DNA from: Thermoplasmata archaeon
GTDB lineage: Archaea; Thermoplasmatota; Thermoplasmata; Lutacidiplasmatales; UBA184
Reading direction: 5' to 3'
Length of the DNA: 64,000 bases
NCBI GenBank assembly: GCA_022749995.1
Contig: JAKIWO010000003.1
Span: 9,926-73,925, forward strand
The notes under the pieces are model-generated. The model was not told the origin of the DNA and ran no database searches. It saw only the letters and a list, made by a program, of their open reading frames with translations. Shown here piece after piece: positions 9,030 through 18,267 of this stretch. The position numbers were made by a program, and so were the translations under genes. Numbering within the stretch: position 1 is the first letter of the stretch; each line of letters starts with the position of its first letter.

Positions 9030-9553
9030 GCGGCGGCCCCCGAGGGATGGGCGATCTGCCCGAGCCGGCCCTTGTAGCTCTCGAGCGGTTCGGCGAGCGG
9101 TTTCGGCAAGTGCTTGCCGTTGAGCCGGTCCGCCGACGGGAACGGGATCTCCCCGTGGGGGATGGTGAGGCCGGCATCGAGCAGGCCCTTGAGCGCGCCG
9201 AGGATACGACCGCCGCTCGTCGTGTGGCGGAGTCCGGCGTCCAGGATGGCATCGGTCGCCCCGCTCTCCTTCGCGCGCAGGCCCGCGAGGTAACCGGTGA
9301 GGTACGCGGCGGGCGTGGTGGAGAGGCTGCCCGCGGGGAAGCCGATCTCGGTGAGCTCGCGCGACTCGGCCTGGGCGACCACCCGGTCGCCGACCGGGTC
9401 GAAGACGGTGAGGCTCACGCGAATGCGGCAGTTGGACATCCGTACCACCGCGCGCGGGCGGTCGGACAGGAGCAGACGCAGGCGGCGCCGGTAGTCGGTG
9501 CGGCCATCGCGCCGGCGGCGGAACGGCACGCGGTAGCGGGGTCCGTCGCTCAT
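9026..9553 (-). CDS. rpl18: 50S ribosomal protein uL18
   Basis: GPRYRVPFRRRRDGRTDYRRRLRLL. Confidence 0.96.
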   Translation of the reverse strand: MSDGPRYRVPFRRRRDGRTDYRRRLRLLLSDRPRAVVRMSNCRIRVSLTVFDPVGDRVVAQAESRELTEIGFPAGSLSTTPAAYLTGYLAGLRAKESGATDAILDAGLRHTTSGGRILGALKGLLDAGLTIPHGEIPFPSADRLNGKHLPKPLAEPLESYKGRLGQIAHPSGAAA

Positions 9554-10011
9554 CGGGGAGCCTCCACGGTATGACCGGCCAGCTTGAGGTTGAGCAACAG
9601 ATGCGCCCGGCTGCGGAACATGCCGCCCTTGGCGCGCCGGTAGAACTCACGGTAGACGCCCGGGGTGATCTTCTTGCCGGAGCGCAGTTCGCTCAGCAGC
9701 TTCCGCTGGGCGCGGATGCGGTGCATCCAGCGCTCCTTGCGACTGACCCGCGAGTGCGGGCTTCCCTTGCGCGTGCCGGGCCCGGCGTGCCGGCCCTTCG
9801 CCCGCTCGGCCGCTACCTTGCGGGCTCGGCCACGGGAGACACCGGGGATCGGCTTGGCCCGGATCACTCCGGCCTTGATGGCGGAGCGGACATCCTGTCG
9901 GGTGACGGCGTCCTCGAGCTCCTCCTGGCTGGCCGGGTCGAGCCAGACCCGTCCCTCGCCGCACTTGAGGAGCGCGGCCGCCATCCGCCGCTGGTTCGCC
10001 AGATCGGGCAA
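9550..10011 (-). CDS. rpl19e: 50S ribosomal protein eL19
   Basis: DLANQRRMAA...CGEGRVWLDP, W...IRAQRKLL, KGGMF. TTG start at 10011 with GGAGGAG upstream. Confidence 0.94.
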   Translation of the reverse strand: MPDLANQRRMAAALLKCGEGRVWLDPASQEELEDAVTRQDVRSAIKAGVIRAKPIPGVSRGRARKVAAERAKGRHAGPGTRKGSPHSRVSRKERWMHRIRAQRKLLSELRSGKKITPGVYREFYRRAKGGMFRSRAHLLLNLKLAGHTVEAPR

Positions 10012-10013
10012 CG

Positions 10014-10616
10014 CTACGTCTCCTCCCGGTCGTGGAGCAGCGGGTTGAGCACATGAACTCCGCGTTCCCGTGCCCGTTCCTCGAGCACGAGCCGCTGTCG
10101 CGTGCCGACGGTGCGCGCAATGAGGGCCGCCTCCCGCGCGGCATCCAGCCGGTCGACCTCCGCCGGGGTCCGCACCAAGCACGGGCGGAACCCGGAGGGG
10201 GTGAGGCCGCGGGTGCGGCGGGGAGAGCCAAAGCCGATGCTGACGATGGTCGGCCGGTAGCCGTAGTGGCGTCGTTGCTTGGACTGCTGGCCCTTGGGCT
10301 TGCGCCAGGACTCCCAGCGGCCGATCCGCCAGTAGCGGTGCGAGGCCGTGCGCACGAACTTGGGACGCCGTCGAACCCCCTGGCGGCGGATGGTCAGCAG
10401 CCGGCGCAGCGCCGGATCGAGCGTGGGACGCCGCGGGGCCTTGAGCTTCGCGGCCTTGCGGGCGGGGCGGCGGGGCGCCTTGCGCTCGCGGCCGTCCGAC
10501 TTTTTCGGCGTGGGAGCGCTCTCGCCGGTCTCCTTCGTCGCCGGCTCGGCCGCCTCGGGCGACGGGGCCTCGGGGACGGCCGGCTCGGCCTTGGGCTCCG
10601 GTGGACTCTCGGCCAT
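10014..10616 (-). CDS. rpl32e: 50S ribosomal protein eL32 with long disordered N-terminal extension
   Basis: PKFVRTASHRY...WRKPKGQQSKQR...GFGSP...PSG. Confidence 0.94.
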   Translation of the reverse strand: MAESPPEPKAEPAVPEAPSPEAAEPATKETGESAPTPKKSDGRERKAPRRPARKAAKLKAPRRPTLDPALRRLLTIRRQGVRRRPKFVRTASHRYWRIGRWESWRKPKGQQSKQRRHYGYRPTIVSIGFGSPRRTRGLTPSGFRPCLVRTPAEVDRLDAAREAALIARTVGTRQRLVLEERARERGVHVLNPLLHDREET

Positions 10617-11182
10617 CAGTTCCCCATCGGGTGGGCGCGCTCGACGAGGTAGATTCCGTCCTGGAAGACGCGCGGGTCGTAGTCGCGGATGCGGGTCGTG
10701 CGCTCGATCGTGGCGGCGCAGCGGCCGACCTCCTCGATGTCGGCGCCGCGCAGGAGGACGAACTCGCCCTCCACCGTCGCCTGGACACCGGGGAGCAGGG
10801 CGGCGGTGCGGGGAAACTTCTCGCCCAGGAAATTCTCGATGAGCAGCGTGCCGTCCTTGACGGAGAGCTTCATCGGGAAGTGGGCGGCGACGCTCTTCAT
10901 TTTCGCCTCGAAGCCGTGGGTGACCCCGGAGACCAGGTTGCCGAGATGCCGCTCCCAGGTGTGGAGCAGCGCCTTGGCCTTCTTGCGCTCGGGAGGCAAC
11001 AGCAGTTTGAGTTCGACCCCCTCGGGTCCGCAGCTGAACGCGATCGCCTCGACGGGGAACTCCCGGCGGAGCGAGCCCTTCGGTCCGGTCACCTTGAGCC
11101 GCCGGCCCGAGAGCGCGGCCTTGACGCCCTTGGGCAGGACGATCCGGAGGGTGCCGAGCGGGGGGGCTTCGTCAGTAGACAT
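10616..11182 (-). CDS. rpl6: 50S ribosomal protein uL6
   Basis: AHFPM, IENFLGEK, DPRVFQDGIY. Confidence 0.96.
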   Translation of the reverse strand: MSTDEAPPLGTLRIVLPKGVKAALSGRRLKVTGPKGSLRREFPVEAIAFSCGPEGVELKLLLPPERKKAKALLHTWERHLGNLVSGVTHGFEAKMKSVAAHFPMKLSVKDGTLLIENFLGEKFPRTAALLPGVQATVEGEFVLLRGADIEEVGRCAATIERTTRIRDYDPRVFQDGIYLVERAHPMGN

Positions 11183-11561
11183 ACGCGAGCAGCTTCCCCC
11201 CGATCTTGAGCTCCCGCGCCTTCGCGTGGCTCATCACGCCCTGGTTGGTCGATAGGAGCAGCAGCCCGAAGTCCTGCGCGGGCAGGAACCGCGCCTCGTA
11301 CCGCTCGAGCGCACGGCCGCGGACCGCCATCCGGGGCTTGATCACGCCGCAGGAGTTGATCCGACGGGCGAGCTTGACCTGGTACTCCCCGCCGCGGCCG
11401 TTCGGGAGGAAGGTGAACTCGCTGATGTACTGGTTCTCCTGGAAGATGCGGAGCACCTCGCCGATCAGCTTCGAGGTGGGCTTGAGCGAGACGGTGCCCT
11501 GGCCCTGCTGGTCGGCGTGGCGTAGGGTGACGAGCGCATCGTTGAGGAGATCGTGCTGCAT
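11172..11561 (-). CDS. rps8: 30S ribosomal protein uS8
   Basis: DLLNDAL, INSCGVIKPR, STNQGVMSH, GGKLLAYVY. Confidence 0.97.
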   Translation of the reverse strand: MQHDLLNDALVTLRHADQQGQGTVSLKPTSKLIGEVLRIFQENQYISEFTFLPNGRGGEYQVKLARRINSCGVIKPRMAVRGRALERYEARFLPAQDFGLLLLSTNQGVMSHAKARELKIGGKLLAYVY

Positions 11562-11570
11562 CGGGCTCCC

Positions 11571-11717
11571 TCACTCGTACTTGCGGAAGCCGAGGTCGTA
11601 GGCGACCTCGCGGAAGCACTGACGGCACAGGTGCAGCCCGTAGCGGCGGACGATGCCCCGCTTGCGGTCGCACCGGTAGCAGCCGACGTGACGACCGAAC
11701 GACTTCCTCGGTTTCAC
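11571..11717 (-). CDS. rps14: 30S ribosomal protein uS14 (Zn-finger type), not in the ORF track
   Basis: Hand-translated from GTG 11717: [48 protein letters not shown] (48 aa). Confidence 0.95.
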   Translation of the reverse strand: MKPRKSFGRHVGCYRCDRKRGIVRRYGLHLCRQCFREVAYDLGFRKYE

Positions 11718-11720
11718 GTT

Positions 11721-12281
11721 CTACTCCAGGAACTTCACACGGAAGCTCTGCTCGAGGAAGGTGCGGGTCTCGCTCGCCGGCACCCGGGCCGAGTGCGGGA
11801 TGGGCCGGGATTGGGAGCGGCGGTCGCGGACCCGCCAGCCGGCGCGGCCCACCTCGACACAGATGTCCATGCCGTGGATGCCGATCGCCGGGTCGTACTT
11901 GAGGCCCGCAAAGTCGGTGTAGTCGGCGACGCCGAAGGAGAGGTTGCCGTGCCGGTCGATCGAGTCCGGGTCGAGCTGGCGGTCCCGGGCGTCGAGGGCC
12001 CGCTCGAGGAAATCGCGGGCGCGCTCGCCGCGGAGCGTGACCTTCGCGCCGATCTCCTGACCCTGACGGATCCCCCACTCCCGGTTCGTCGCGCGGGAGC
12101 GGGTGGCGATCGGGGACTGGTGGGTGACCATCTTGAGGACCTTCTCCGCCTTGCTCCGCGGGTCGCCGCTCTCGCCGACGCCGGAGTTCACGACGATCTT
12201 GATGATCCGCAGCGACCGCGGGTGCAGTGGGCCGGACGGGACGCGGGCGGCCGGCGCGACAGCCTCGACGGGGGTGCTCAT
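11721..12281 (-). CDS. rpl5: 50S ribosomal protein uL5
   Basis: KIVVNSGVGESG, WGIRQGQEIGAKVTLRG, GNLSFGV, IGIHGMD. Confidence 0.96.
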   Translation of the reverse strand: MSTPVEAVAPAARVPSGPLHPRSLRIIKIVVNSGVGESGDPRSKAEKVLKMVTHQSPIATRSRATNREWGIRQGQEIGAKVTLRGERARDFLERALDARDRQLDPDSIDRHGNLSFGVADYTDFAGLKYDPAIGIHGMDICVEVGRAGWRVRDRRSQSRPIPHSARVPASETRTFLEQSFRVKFLE

Positions 12282-12994
12282 CGGTCGAGCGCCTCCGGCA
12301 GGCTCAGCTTGGGCGTGGTGTCGCCGATGACGAACACGTACTCTTTGATGGTCGAGAATCCCTCGGCGAAGTGCACGCGGTTGGGTTGGGGGGAGTTCTT
12401 CACCTCGATCCGGTCGATCCGGGCGGTCTCGCCGACGTGCGATCCACCGGCGACGTACGCCAGGTGACCGGGGGCGAGCGTGTAGTGCCCGAGCACCTTC
12501 TGCTGGGGCAGCTCGAGCTGCAGGGTGTCGCCGACGCGCCAGGTCGCCTTCGCGGGGGCGATCAGGTTGCGCCCGTCGTGGAGCGTGACCTCGATCTGGC
12601 CACCGGGGAGCGTCGTCTTGCGCCGCACGCGGCCCAGCTTGGTGGCCGCCTCGGCCGCCGGGATCGGCACCAGGATCAGCTTGCCGCGGCGGTCCTTGAG
12701 GATGCGGTAGTGCTCGTTGAGCGGAGCCGCGAAGCTCACGGTGTCCATGAGGCCCACGCCGTGCGCGAGGTCCTTCACGGGTCGGTGGTCGACGAGCACC
12801 TGACCGGTCCGGAGGATCTCGCTCGCCTCGCGCGCCGAGTGGGCCACGCCGCGCACGTCCCGCAACAGCAGGAGAAGCGGCAACGCCCCCTCTTGGGGAT
12901 GCGGCCCGGGTGCCGGACGCTTGACCCACTTGGTCCCTTTGCGCGGAAGTTTCCACGCCCGCGGGGAGGCCATGCGCTTGAGACGGAACGTCAT
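12278..12994 (-). CDS. rps4e: 30S ribosomal protein eS4
   Basis: LKRMASPRAW...PGPH, VGLMD, LHDGRN. Confidence 0.96.
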   Translation of the reverse strand: MTFRLKRMASPRAWKLPRKGTKWVKRPAPGPHPQEGALPLLLLLRDVRGVAHSAREASEILRTGQVLVDHRPVKDLAHGVGLMDTVSFAAPLNEHYRILKDRRGKLILVPIPAAEAATKLGRVRRKTTLPGGQIEVTLHDGRNLIAPAKATWRVGDTLQLELPQQKVLGHYTLAPGHLAYVAGGSHVGETARIDRIEVKNSPQPNRVHFAEGFSTIKEYVFVIGDTTPKLSLPEALDR

Positions 12995-13494
12995 GGGCTC
13001 ACCTTCGCGGCACGCGGACGGCGGGGGGTCTTGGCCGCGGGAGCCGCGGCCGGTGGCTCGGGCGCTGAGGTCGCGGTGCTCGCCTTCCCGTCCGCCTCCG
13101 GTTTGGCGGCCGCGCCCCCTTCGGTCCCCGCCTCGGTCGTGCGGAGCCGGCGGCGCCGCCACGGGTCGGAGAGGTTGAGCCGGGTGAGCAGCAGGTGGGA
13201 GGGTCGCAGTGGGAGGACCTTGAGCTTCTGGTCGGCCTTCTTGAGCGTCACGTTGTCCAGGATGATGGTGCCGCCCCGCGTGTCGACCTTGGCGACTCGT
13301 TCCTCCCGGCCGACGTAGGAGCCACCGACGACGAGCACGGTGTCGCCCTTGCGGACCGGCAGCTGGCGGCGGCCATACTTCGCCCGCAGTTCGCGGGAGA
13401 GCGGCGCCGAGAGCCAGCGTCGGCGCACGCTGGCGGGCGCGTGGAAGTGGTAGCGCCGCTGCTTGCGCGGCAGCCGGGAGATCACCTGCGTCAT
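12991..13494 (-). CDS. rpl24: 50S ribosomal protein uL24 with A/P/K-rich tail
   Basis: SRLPRKQRR, SAPLSRELR, PVRKGDTV. Confidence 0.95.
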   Translation of the reverse strand: MTQVISRLPRKQRRYHFHAPASVRRRWLSAPLSRELRAKYGRRQLPVRKGDTVLVVGGSYVGREERVAKVDTRGGTIILDNVTLKKADQKLKVLPLRPSHLLLTRLNLSDPWRRRRLRTTEAGTEGGAAAKPEADGKASTATSAPEPPAAAPAAKTPRRPRAAKVSP

Positions 13495-13502
13495 GGAGCC
13501 TC

Positions 13503-13901
13503 CTAGACGATGATCGACGAAGCGGCCGCGATCCGCGGCCAGCGCTCCGCCGCCTCCTTGGCGACGGGTCCCTTGATCTGGGAGCCCTTGATCTCGCCGG
13601 TCTCGGTCGTGATGACCGCGGCGTTGTCCTCGAACGTGAGCCGCGTGCCGTCCGCCCGTCGGAGTCCGAACCGGGAGCGGACGATCACGGCGTGCAGCAC
13701 CTGCCGGCGCATCTCGGGGGTCCCCTTCTTGACCGAGACGATGACGAGGTCGGCGATCCCCGCGCGGGGGTAGCGCCGGTGGGTGCCGTGCCAGTTCCGC
13801 ACGGCGATGATCTCCACGATCTTGGCGCCGGTGTTGTCGACGCAATCCAGCCGTGCCCCCTTGGGCAGGCCCCGACTGCGGCGGCCCGGCAGTCCCTTCA
13901 C
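13503..13901 (-). CDS. rpl14: 50S ribosomal protein uL14
   Basis: [40 protein letters not shown]; GTG start. Confidence 0.96.
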   Translation of the reverse strand: MKGLPGRRSRGLPKGARLDCVDNTGAKIVEIIAVRNWHGTHRRYPRAGIADLVIVSVKKGTPEMRRQVLHAVIVRSRFGLRRADGTRLTFEDNAAVITTETGEIKGSQIKGPVAKEAAERWPRIAAASSIIV

Positions 13902-14338
13902 GAGCTCTCCTCCTCGCTCGCCGGAGCCGGCGGCGCGGTCCGCCCGGCGGCCGCGACCTCTTCGCTCGAGATGCGCCGTGCCGCTTCGCCCAGGTCCTCG
14001 ACGATGCAGAAGCTGACCGCCTTGGCGAGCGGCCGGGTCTCGGCGATCTTGACCCGGTGACCGAGCGGAATGACGAGGCAGGGCGGATGGTGGGCCAGGT
14101 AGCGGCGGCGGCGCTTCTCGTACCGCTCGTACTTCGGTACGAAGTGGAGCAGCGTCCGCTCGACCACCGCCGTCCGTTGCATCGAGGTGGACACGAGCGT
14201 CGCCTCGAGCACTTGGCCACGGACCGGCAGCCGGCCGTGGAACGGACAGTGGCGGTCGCTGCACGCCTCCTTGGGGGCGCGCACGTCGAGACCGATGTCG
14301 CGGGCGCGCGGTGCCCGAGTCCGCTTGGGGGGTGTCAT
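13898..14338 (-). CDS. rps17: 30S ribosomal protein uS17
   Basis: [29 protein letters not shown]. Confidence 0.95.
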   Translation of the reverse strand: MTPPKRTRAPRARDIGLDVRAPKEACSDRHCPFHGRLPVRGQVLEATLVSTSMQRTAVVERTLLHFVPKYERYEKRRRRYLAHHPPCLVIPLGHRVKIAETRPLAKAVSFCIVEDLGEAARRISSEEVAAAGRTAPPAPASEEESS

Positions 14339-14646
14339 ACCGACCTTCCCGAAGAGCGCCAGGCGAGCCGCTTGGTGCGGTCTTCGGGACGCACGCGTAG
14401 AGGCTCGCCGCTTAACGGTATCTCCGCGCCGTCGAGGAGGATCCGTCCGGAGAGGCCGGACTTGGCCACCCGGACACACCGGCCACCGGGGGTGCGCCGC
14501 AGCAGGAAGGTGGAGAGGCTCTCGTCCACGATCGTGCCCTCCCACGGCAGCGGCGTCCACCCAGGGGCGACCTCGATGCGCACCGGCGCGCCGATGAGCT
14601 CGCCGGCGAGCGGTGAGATGCCGGAGCCCATGCGGGGGGGACTCAT
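14335..14646 (-). CDS. rnp1: Ribonuclease P protein subunit Rpp29
   Basis: [21 protein letters not shown]; canonical position between rpl29 and rps17. Confidence 0.85.
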   Translation of the reverse strand: MSPPRMGSGISPLAGELIGAPVRIEVAPGWTPLPWEGTIVDESLSTFLLRRTPGGRCVRVAKSGLSGRILLDGAEIPLSGEPLRVRPEDRTKRLAWRSSGRSV

Positions 14647-14885
14647 GCGCCGGCGCCCGCCTTGGCCCGCGGGGCGACGACCACGCCGCGACGCCGCTCG
14701 CCGCGGACCGTGAGCGCGCGCGCGACGTTGGTGCGCAGCGCACGCATGCGGCCCGGGCTCGGCGGCGCGCCGCCCATCGCGGCGACGCCCCGCTCCCGGA
14801 GCAGGTCGTTCTCGATCTCGGAGATCTTGCGGTCGAGCTCCTCTTCCGGCAGGGCGCGGAGCTCGCTCATGCGCAGTAGCGTCAT
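14643..14885 (-). CDS. rpl29: 50S ribosomal protein uL29
   Basis: LRMSELRAL...PGRMRALRTNVARALTV. Confidence 0.93.
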   Translation of the reverse strand: MTLLRMSELRALPEEELDRKISEIENDLLRERGVAAMGGAPPSPGRMRALRTNVARALTVRGERRRGVVVAPRAKAGAGA

Positions 14886-15565
14886 GTGCCCGCCGGGGCG
14901 ACTGGCTCGGCGACCGGGGCCGCCACGACCACCGGCGCGGGGACCGCGGGGGTCATCGCGGCGATCTCCGCGGGTGTCTTGATGTGGATCTCATCGGAGA
15001 GCTTGATGTTCGGTCGCATGATCCAGACCGAGACGCCGATGACGCCGGGCTTGAGCCGAGCCGGATAGAACCCCTTCTCGACCTGGAGCAGCGCGGCCTC
15101 GCCGCAGTACTTGATCATGCCGGACCGGAACCGTTCGGTGCGGTGGCGCTCCCCCGTCAGTTTGCCGGAGAGGATCACCTGGCAGCCCCGCGCGCCGCTC
15201 TCCATGATCCGGCGCACCGTCGAGTGTCCCGCGCGCCGGAAGTGCCAGCCGCGTTCGAGGGTAGCCGCGAGCTTCTCCGCCATCAGTTGGGCGTTGAGCG
15301 CCGGCTGGCGCTCCTCCTGCACCTCGATCTGCGGATTGTCGAGCTGGAACCGGCCCTGGATCTCCTGGGTGAGCTGCTTGATGAGCTCGCCCCGGCGGCC
15401 GATCAGGATTCCCGGCCGCTCGCAGATGAGCGTCACGCGGGTGCCCATCGGGGTCCGTTGGATGTCGAGGCCCCCGAACCCGGCCCGGGCGCTCTCCCGC
15501 ACCAGGAAATCCTTGAGGAGCACCCGGCGGGTGGCCTCCTCGATCACCTTTCGCTCGCTCGCCAT
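14882..15565 (-). CDS. rps3: 30S ribosomal protein uS3
   Basis: KH domain (RTPMGTRV, RPGILIG), HFRRAG, SGKLTG, GVIGVSV. Confidence 0.97.
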   Translation of the reverse strand: MASERKVIEEATRRVLLKDFLVRESARAGFGGLDIQRTPMGTRVTLICERPGILIGRRGELIKQLTQEIQGRFQLDNPQIEVQEERQPALNAQLMAEKLAATLERGWHFRRAGHSTVRRIMESGARGCQVILSGKLTGERHRTERFRSGMIKYCGEAALLQVEKGFYPARLKPGVIGVSVWIMRPNIKLSDEIHIKTPAEIAAMTPAVPAPVVVAAPVAEPVAPAGT

Positions 15566-15568
15566 GGG

Positions 15569-16021
15569 TTAGCTCTCCGCCTTCTCCTTGAGGATGATCT
15601 CGACGGAGGTGGTCTGCTCGTTCCACGCGGTGGAGCGGCCGTGGGCGCGCGGCATCTGGGCCTTCTGGATCTTGCCTCGGGAACTGGCGGCGACGGCCAC
15701 GTAGAGCCGGTCGACGTCGAGCCCCTCGAACTCGGCGTTGGCCTCCGCGTTCTGGAGCACCTGGAGCAGGTGGCGGGCGACCTTCTTGGGATACCGGCCC
15801 GGACCGATGCCCCGCTTGTGCGCGGTCTCCTGGTTGTACCGGCGGAACGGAACGGCCCGCTCGAGCGCGACGACCTCCTCGAGGAAGGTCTTGGCGCGTC
15901 CGAGGGCTTTGCCCCGGATCGCGTTCAGCACCTCGTAGGTCTTCTTGGGGGACATCGGCAGCTCTACGCCCCGGGCCCGGGCGATGTTCCGGTCCTCCTG
16001 TTGGTACGTGTAACCGCGCAT
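15569..16021 (-). CDS. rpl22: 50S ribosomal protein uL22
   Basis: SPKKTYEV, AVPFRRYN, GRYPKK, PRAHGRS. Confidence 0.96.
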   Translation of the reverse strand: MRGYTYQQEDRNIARARGVELPMSPKKTYEVLNAIRGKALGRAKTFLEEVVALERAVPFRRYNQETAHKRGIGPGRYPKKVARHLLQVLQNAEANAEFEGLDVDRLYVAVAASSRGKIQKAQMPRAHGRSTAWNEQTTSVEIILKEKAES

Positions 16022-16028
16022 CGTCCTC

Positions 16029-16454
16029 CTACTTGAGCGGCATGAACTTGGACGAGCGCGTCGCCCCGACGCCGGGCCCCGAGTGCTTCTCGAATCGCCG
16101 GGTGAGGCTGAACTCGCCGTAGTAGTGCCCGATCATCTCCGGGCGGACCTCGACTTCCTTGAACTCCTTCCCGTTGTGGACGGCGACCCGGCGGCCGACG
16201 TGCTGCGGCAGCACCATCGCGTCCCGGCAGTGCGTGCGCATGGCCTTCTCCGGACCGGTCTCGCGCATCCGCTCCAGGAACCGGTTGACATCCGGCGTGA
16301 AGCCGCGGCGGATCGAGCGCCGGGCGCGGGAGTTGAGCAGTTCACCCAACTCGACCAGGGTGAGCGCCTGCAGCTCCGGCAGCGTCTTGCCCCGGAGCGT
16401 GAACTCCCGCTTGCGGCGGGCCTCGACCTTCTTGCCTCGCTTGGCCTTGGCCAT
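16029..16454 (-). CDS. rps19: 30S ribosomal protein uS19
   Basis: RTHCRD, HNGKEF, EMIGHYYGEFSLTR, GATRSSKFMPLK. Confidence 0.97.
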   Translation of the reverse strand: MAKAKRGKKVEARRKREFTLRGKTLPELQALTLVELGELLNSRARRSIRRGFTPDVNRFLERMRETGPEKAMRTHCRDAMVLPQHVGRRVAVHNGKEFKEVEVRPEMIGHYYGEFSLTRRFEKHSGPGVGATRSSKFMPLK

Positions 16455-16457
16455 CGC

Positions 16458-17174
16458 CTACCGCTTCCCCTTCTTGTGCTTGCCGCGCTTGGGGGAGAAT
16501 CGTCCGACCTTGGCACCGGGCCAAGCCCCCGCGGAAACGGTGCTTGGCCGTCCGACGTGCTGGTGCGCCCCCCCGCCAAACGGGTGGTTGACGGGGTTCA
16601 TGGCGACCCCCCGGACCTTGAACGGCGCGCGGGCCAAGCTCTGGGTCGTGTGCACTTTCTTGCCGGCCTTGATGTACGGGCGCTCGCCCCGACCGCCGCC
16701 GCCGATGGTCCCGACCTGGGCCCGGCAGGCGGCGAGCAGGTCCTTGAACTGGCCGCTGGGCAGCTGGATCGTCACTTCACGTCCGGAGTGGGCCACGACG
16801 AGCGCGCTCGTCCCGGCGGCCCGGACGAGCCGGCCACCGTCGAGCGGTTTGACTTCGAGATTGGAGACGAGGGTGCCGTCCGGGATCTCCGACAGGGGGA
16901 GCAGGCTGCCGCGGTCGACCGCGCCGGCGTTGATCGCGACCATCGAGCCGGTGCTCAGGCCCGCCGTGGCGAGCAGTCGAAATCGCCGTCCGTCCTCGGC
17001 CTGTACTTCCGCGACGGGGGCGCTCCGGCCGGGCGCGTGCACGATGTCGACCACCTTGACCTGACCCGACATCGTCGCGGGTGGGTGGACCATCGGGCCG
17101 TGGTGCCGATGGCTGGGGGAGCGGTAGGTGCCGGAGCCGGCGCCGCGGCGCCGGGAGATGATGCGCTTACCCAC
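16458..17174 (-). CDS. rpl2: 50S ribosomal protein uL2
   Basis: GKRIISRRRGAG, VRGVAMNPVNHPFGGG; GTG start overlapping the rpl23 stop. Confidence 0.97.
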   Translation of the reverse strand: MGKRIISRRRGAGSGTYRSPSHRHHGPMVHPPATMSGQVKVVDIVHAPGRSAPVAEVQAEDGRRFRLLATAGLSTGSMVAINAGAVDRGSLLPLSEIPDGTLVSNLEVKPLDGGRLVRAAGTSALVVAHSGREVTIQLPSGQFKDLLAACRAQVGTIGGGGRGERPYIKAGKKVHTTQSLARAPFKVRGVAMNPVNHPFGGGAHQHVGRPSTVSAGAWPGAKVGRFSPKRGKHKKGKR

Positions 17175-17437
17175 TAGAACACCCCCGCCCGAGAGCCGAT
17201 ATCCTCGGCGGAGAACTCCGGGGCGAACCGCACCGTCGCGATCTTGCCCGCGCGAACGATCTTGATGGTGATCTTGGCGACCTTGCACTGGTAGGTCTCC
17301 TGCACCGCCTGCTTGACCTGCGCGCGGGTGGCGCGCTTGTCGACCATGAACTCGAGCTTGTTCTGCCGCTCCATCTCGTCCATCGCCTTCTCGGTCACGT
17401 AGGCGTGGAGCAGGATCCGGTGTTGGAGCCGCGTCAT
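17174..17437 (-). CDS. rpl23: 50S ribosomal protein uL23
   Basis: VTEKAMDEMERQNKLEFMVD, ATRAQVKQAV. Confidence 0.95.
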   Translation of the reverse strand: MTRLQHRILLHAYVTEKAMDEMERQNKLEFMVDKRATRAQVKQAVQETYQCKVAKITIKIVRAGKIATVRFAPEFSAEDIGSRAGVF

Positions 17438-18267
17438 GCGCCCTGCTCCAGTCGGCTCGCCAGCGCGGAGAGGGAGGCGGGGGTGAACACGGTGAGGCGG
17501 CCGGGCACGCCGCCCGGAGCGAGATCCTCCGTGGAGAGGCGACCGATCGCCACCACGTCGACGCCAGGGAAATTGCGGAACCCTCGGGCCTTGCCGTGGC
17601 CACTGACCACGACGAGCAGGCTGCGGGGCTTGCGCAGCCGCCGGCCGCGCCGCTTGCCCCGGCCCGCCCGGACATGAACGCCGTCCCGGGCGCGGGTGAG
17701 CTCCTCGGCGAGGTCGAGGCGCGTCAGGATCGCGTTGGCCTCCTGCGCCGTGCCGACCTCCTCGAGCGGGTCCTCCAGCACCACGGGCAAATGCAGCGAG
17801 TCCGGGAATCGGTGGCCCCGGGCGCGCGCGAGCTTGGGCTCGCGGGTCGCGGCGAGCGCGGCAGCGAACGCCAATCGGCGCTCCCGCCAGTTCATCGACT
17901 TGGCCCAGATCGTCGCGGCCCGCGGCGGGTGCGCCGCGGCTCCGCCGACGGTGTTCGGGGATTGGGCGCCCCGCATCGAGCCCATGAGCCTCGGCGTCCG
18001 TGCGACGCCCTGGCCCTTGCCGGACCACTCGACCGAGTGGCGACGGCCCGAGCCGCGACCCGTGCCGTGCGGTTGGCGCCGGCGCGAAGCGGCGGCGACG
18101 ACCGCGCGCTGAACGAGGTCGGCACGGATGGAGGCGGAAAATTCCGCCGGGAGCGTTAGCGACTCCCTCGGCTTTCCCTGGAGGGAGAGGACGTGGACCC
18201 GGTGACGGTGCGCCGCCGAGTGCTCGGCCGGCGAGGGGGTGGCCACCGGTTCCGCCGGGGCGCTCAT
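17434..18267 (-). CDS. rpl4: 50S ribosomal protein uL4
   Basis: IRADLVQRAV, WSGKGQGVARTPR, GKRRGRR, LAPGGVPGRLTV. Confidence 0.97.
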   Translation of the reverse strand: MSAPAEPVATPSPAEHSAAHRHRVHVLSLQGKPRESLTLPAEFSASIRADLVQRAVVAAASRRRQPHGTGRGSGRRHSVEWSGKGQGVARTPRLMGSMRGAQSPNTVGGAAAHPPRAATIWAKSMNWRERRLAFAAALAATREPKLARARGHRFPDSLHLPVVLEDPLEEVGTAQEANAILTRLDLAEELTRARDGVHVRAGRGKRRGRRLRKPRSLLVVVSGHGKARGFRNFPGVDVVAIGRLSTEDLAPGGVPGRLTVFTPASLSALASRLEQGA

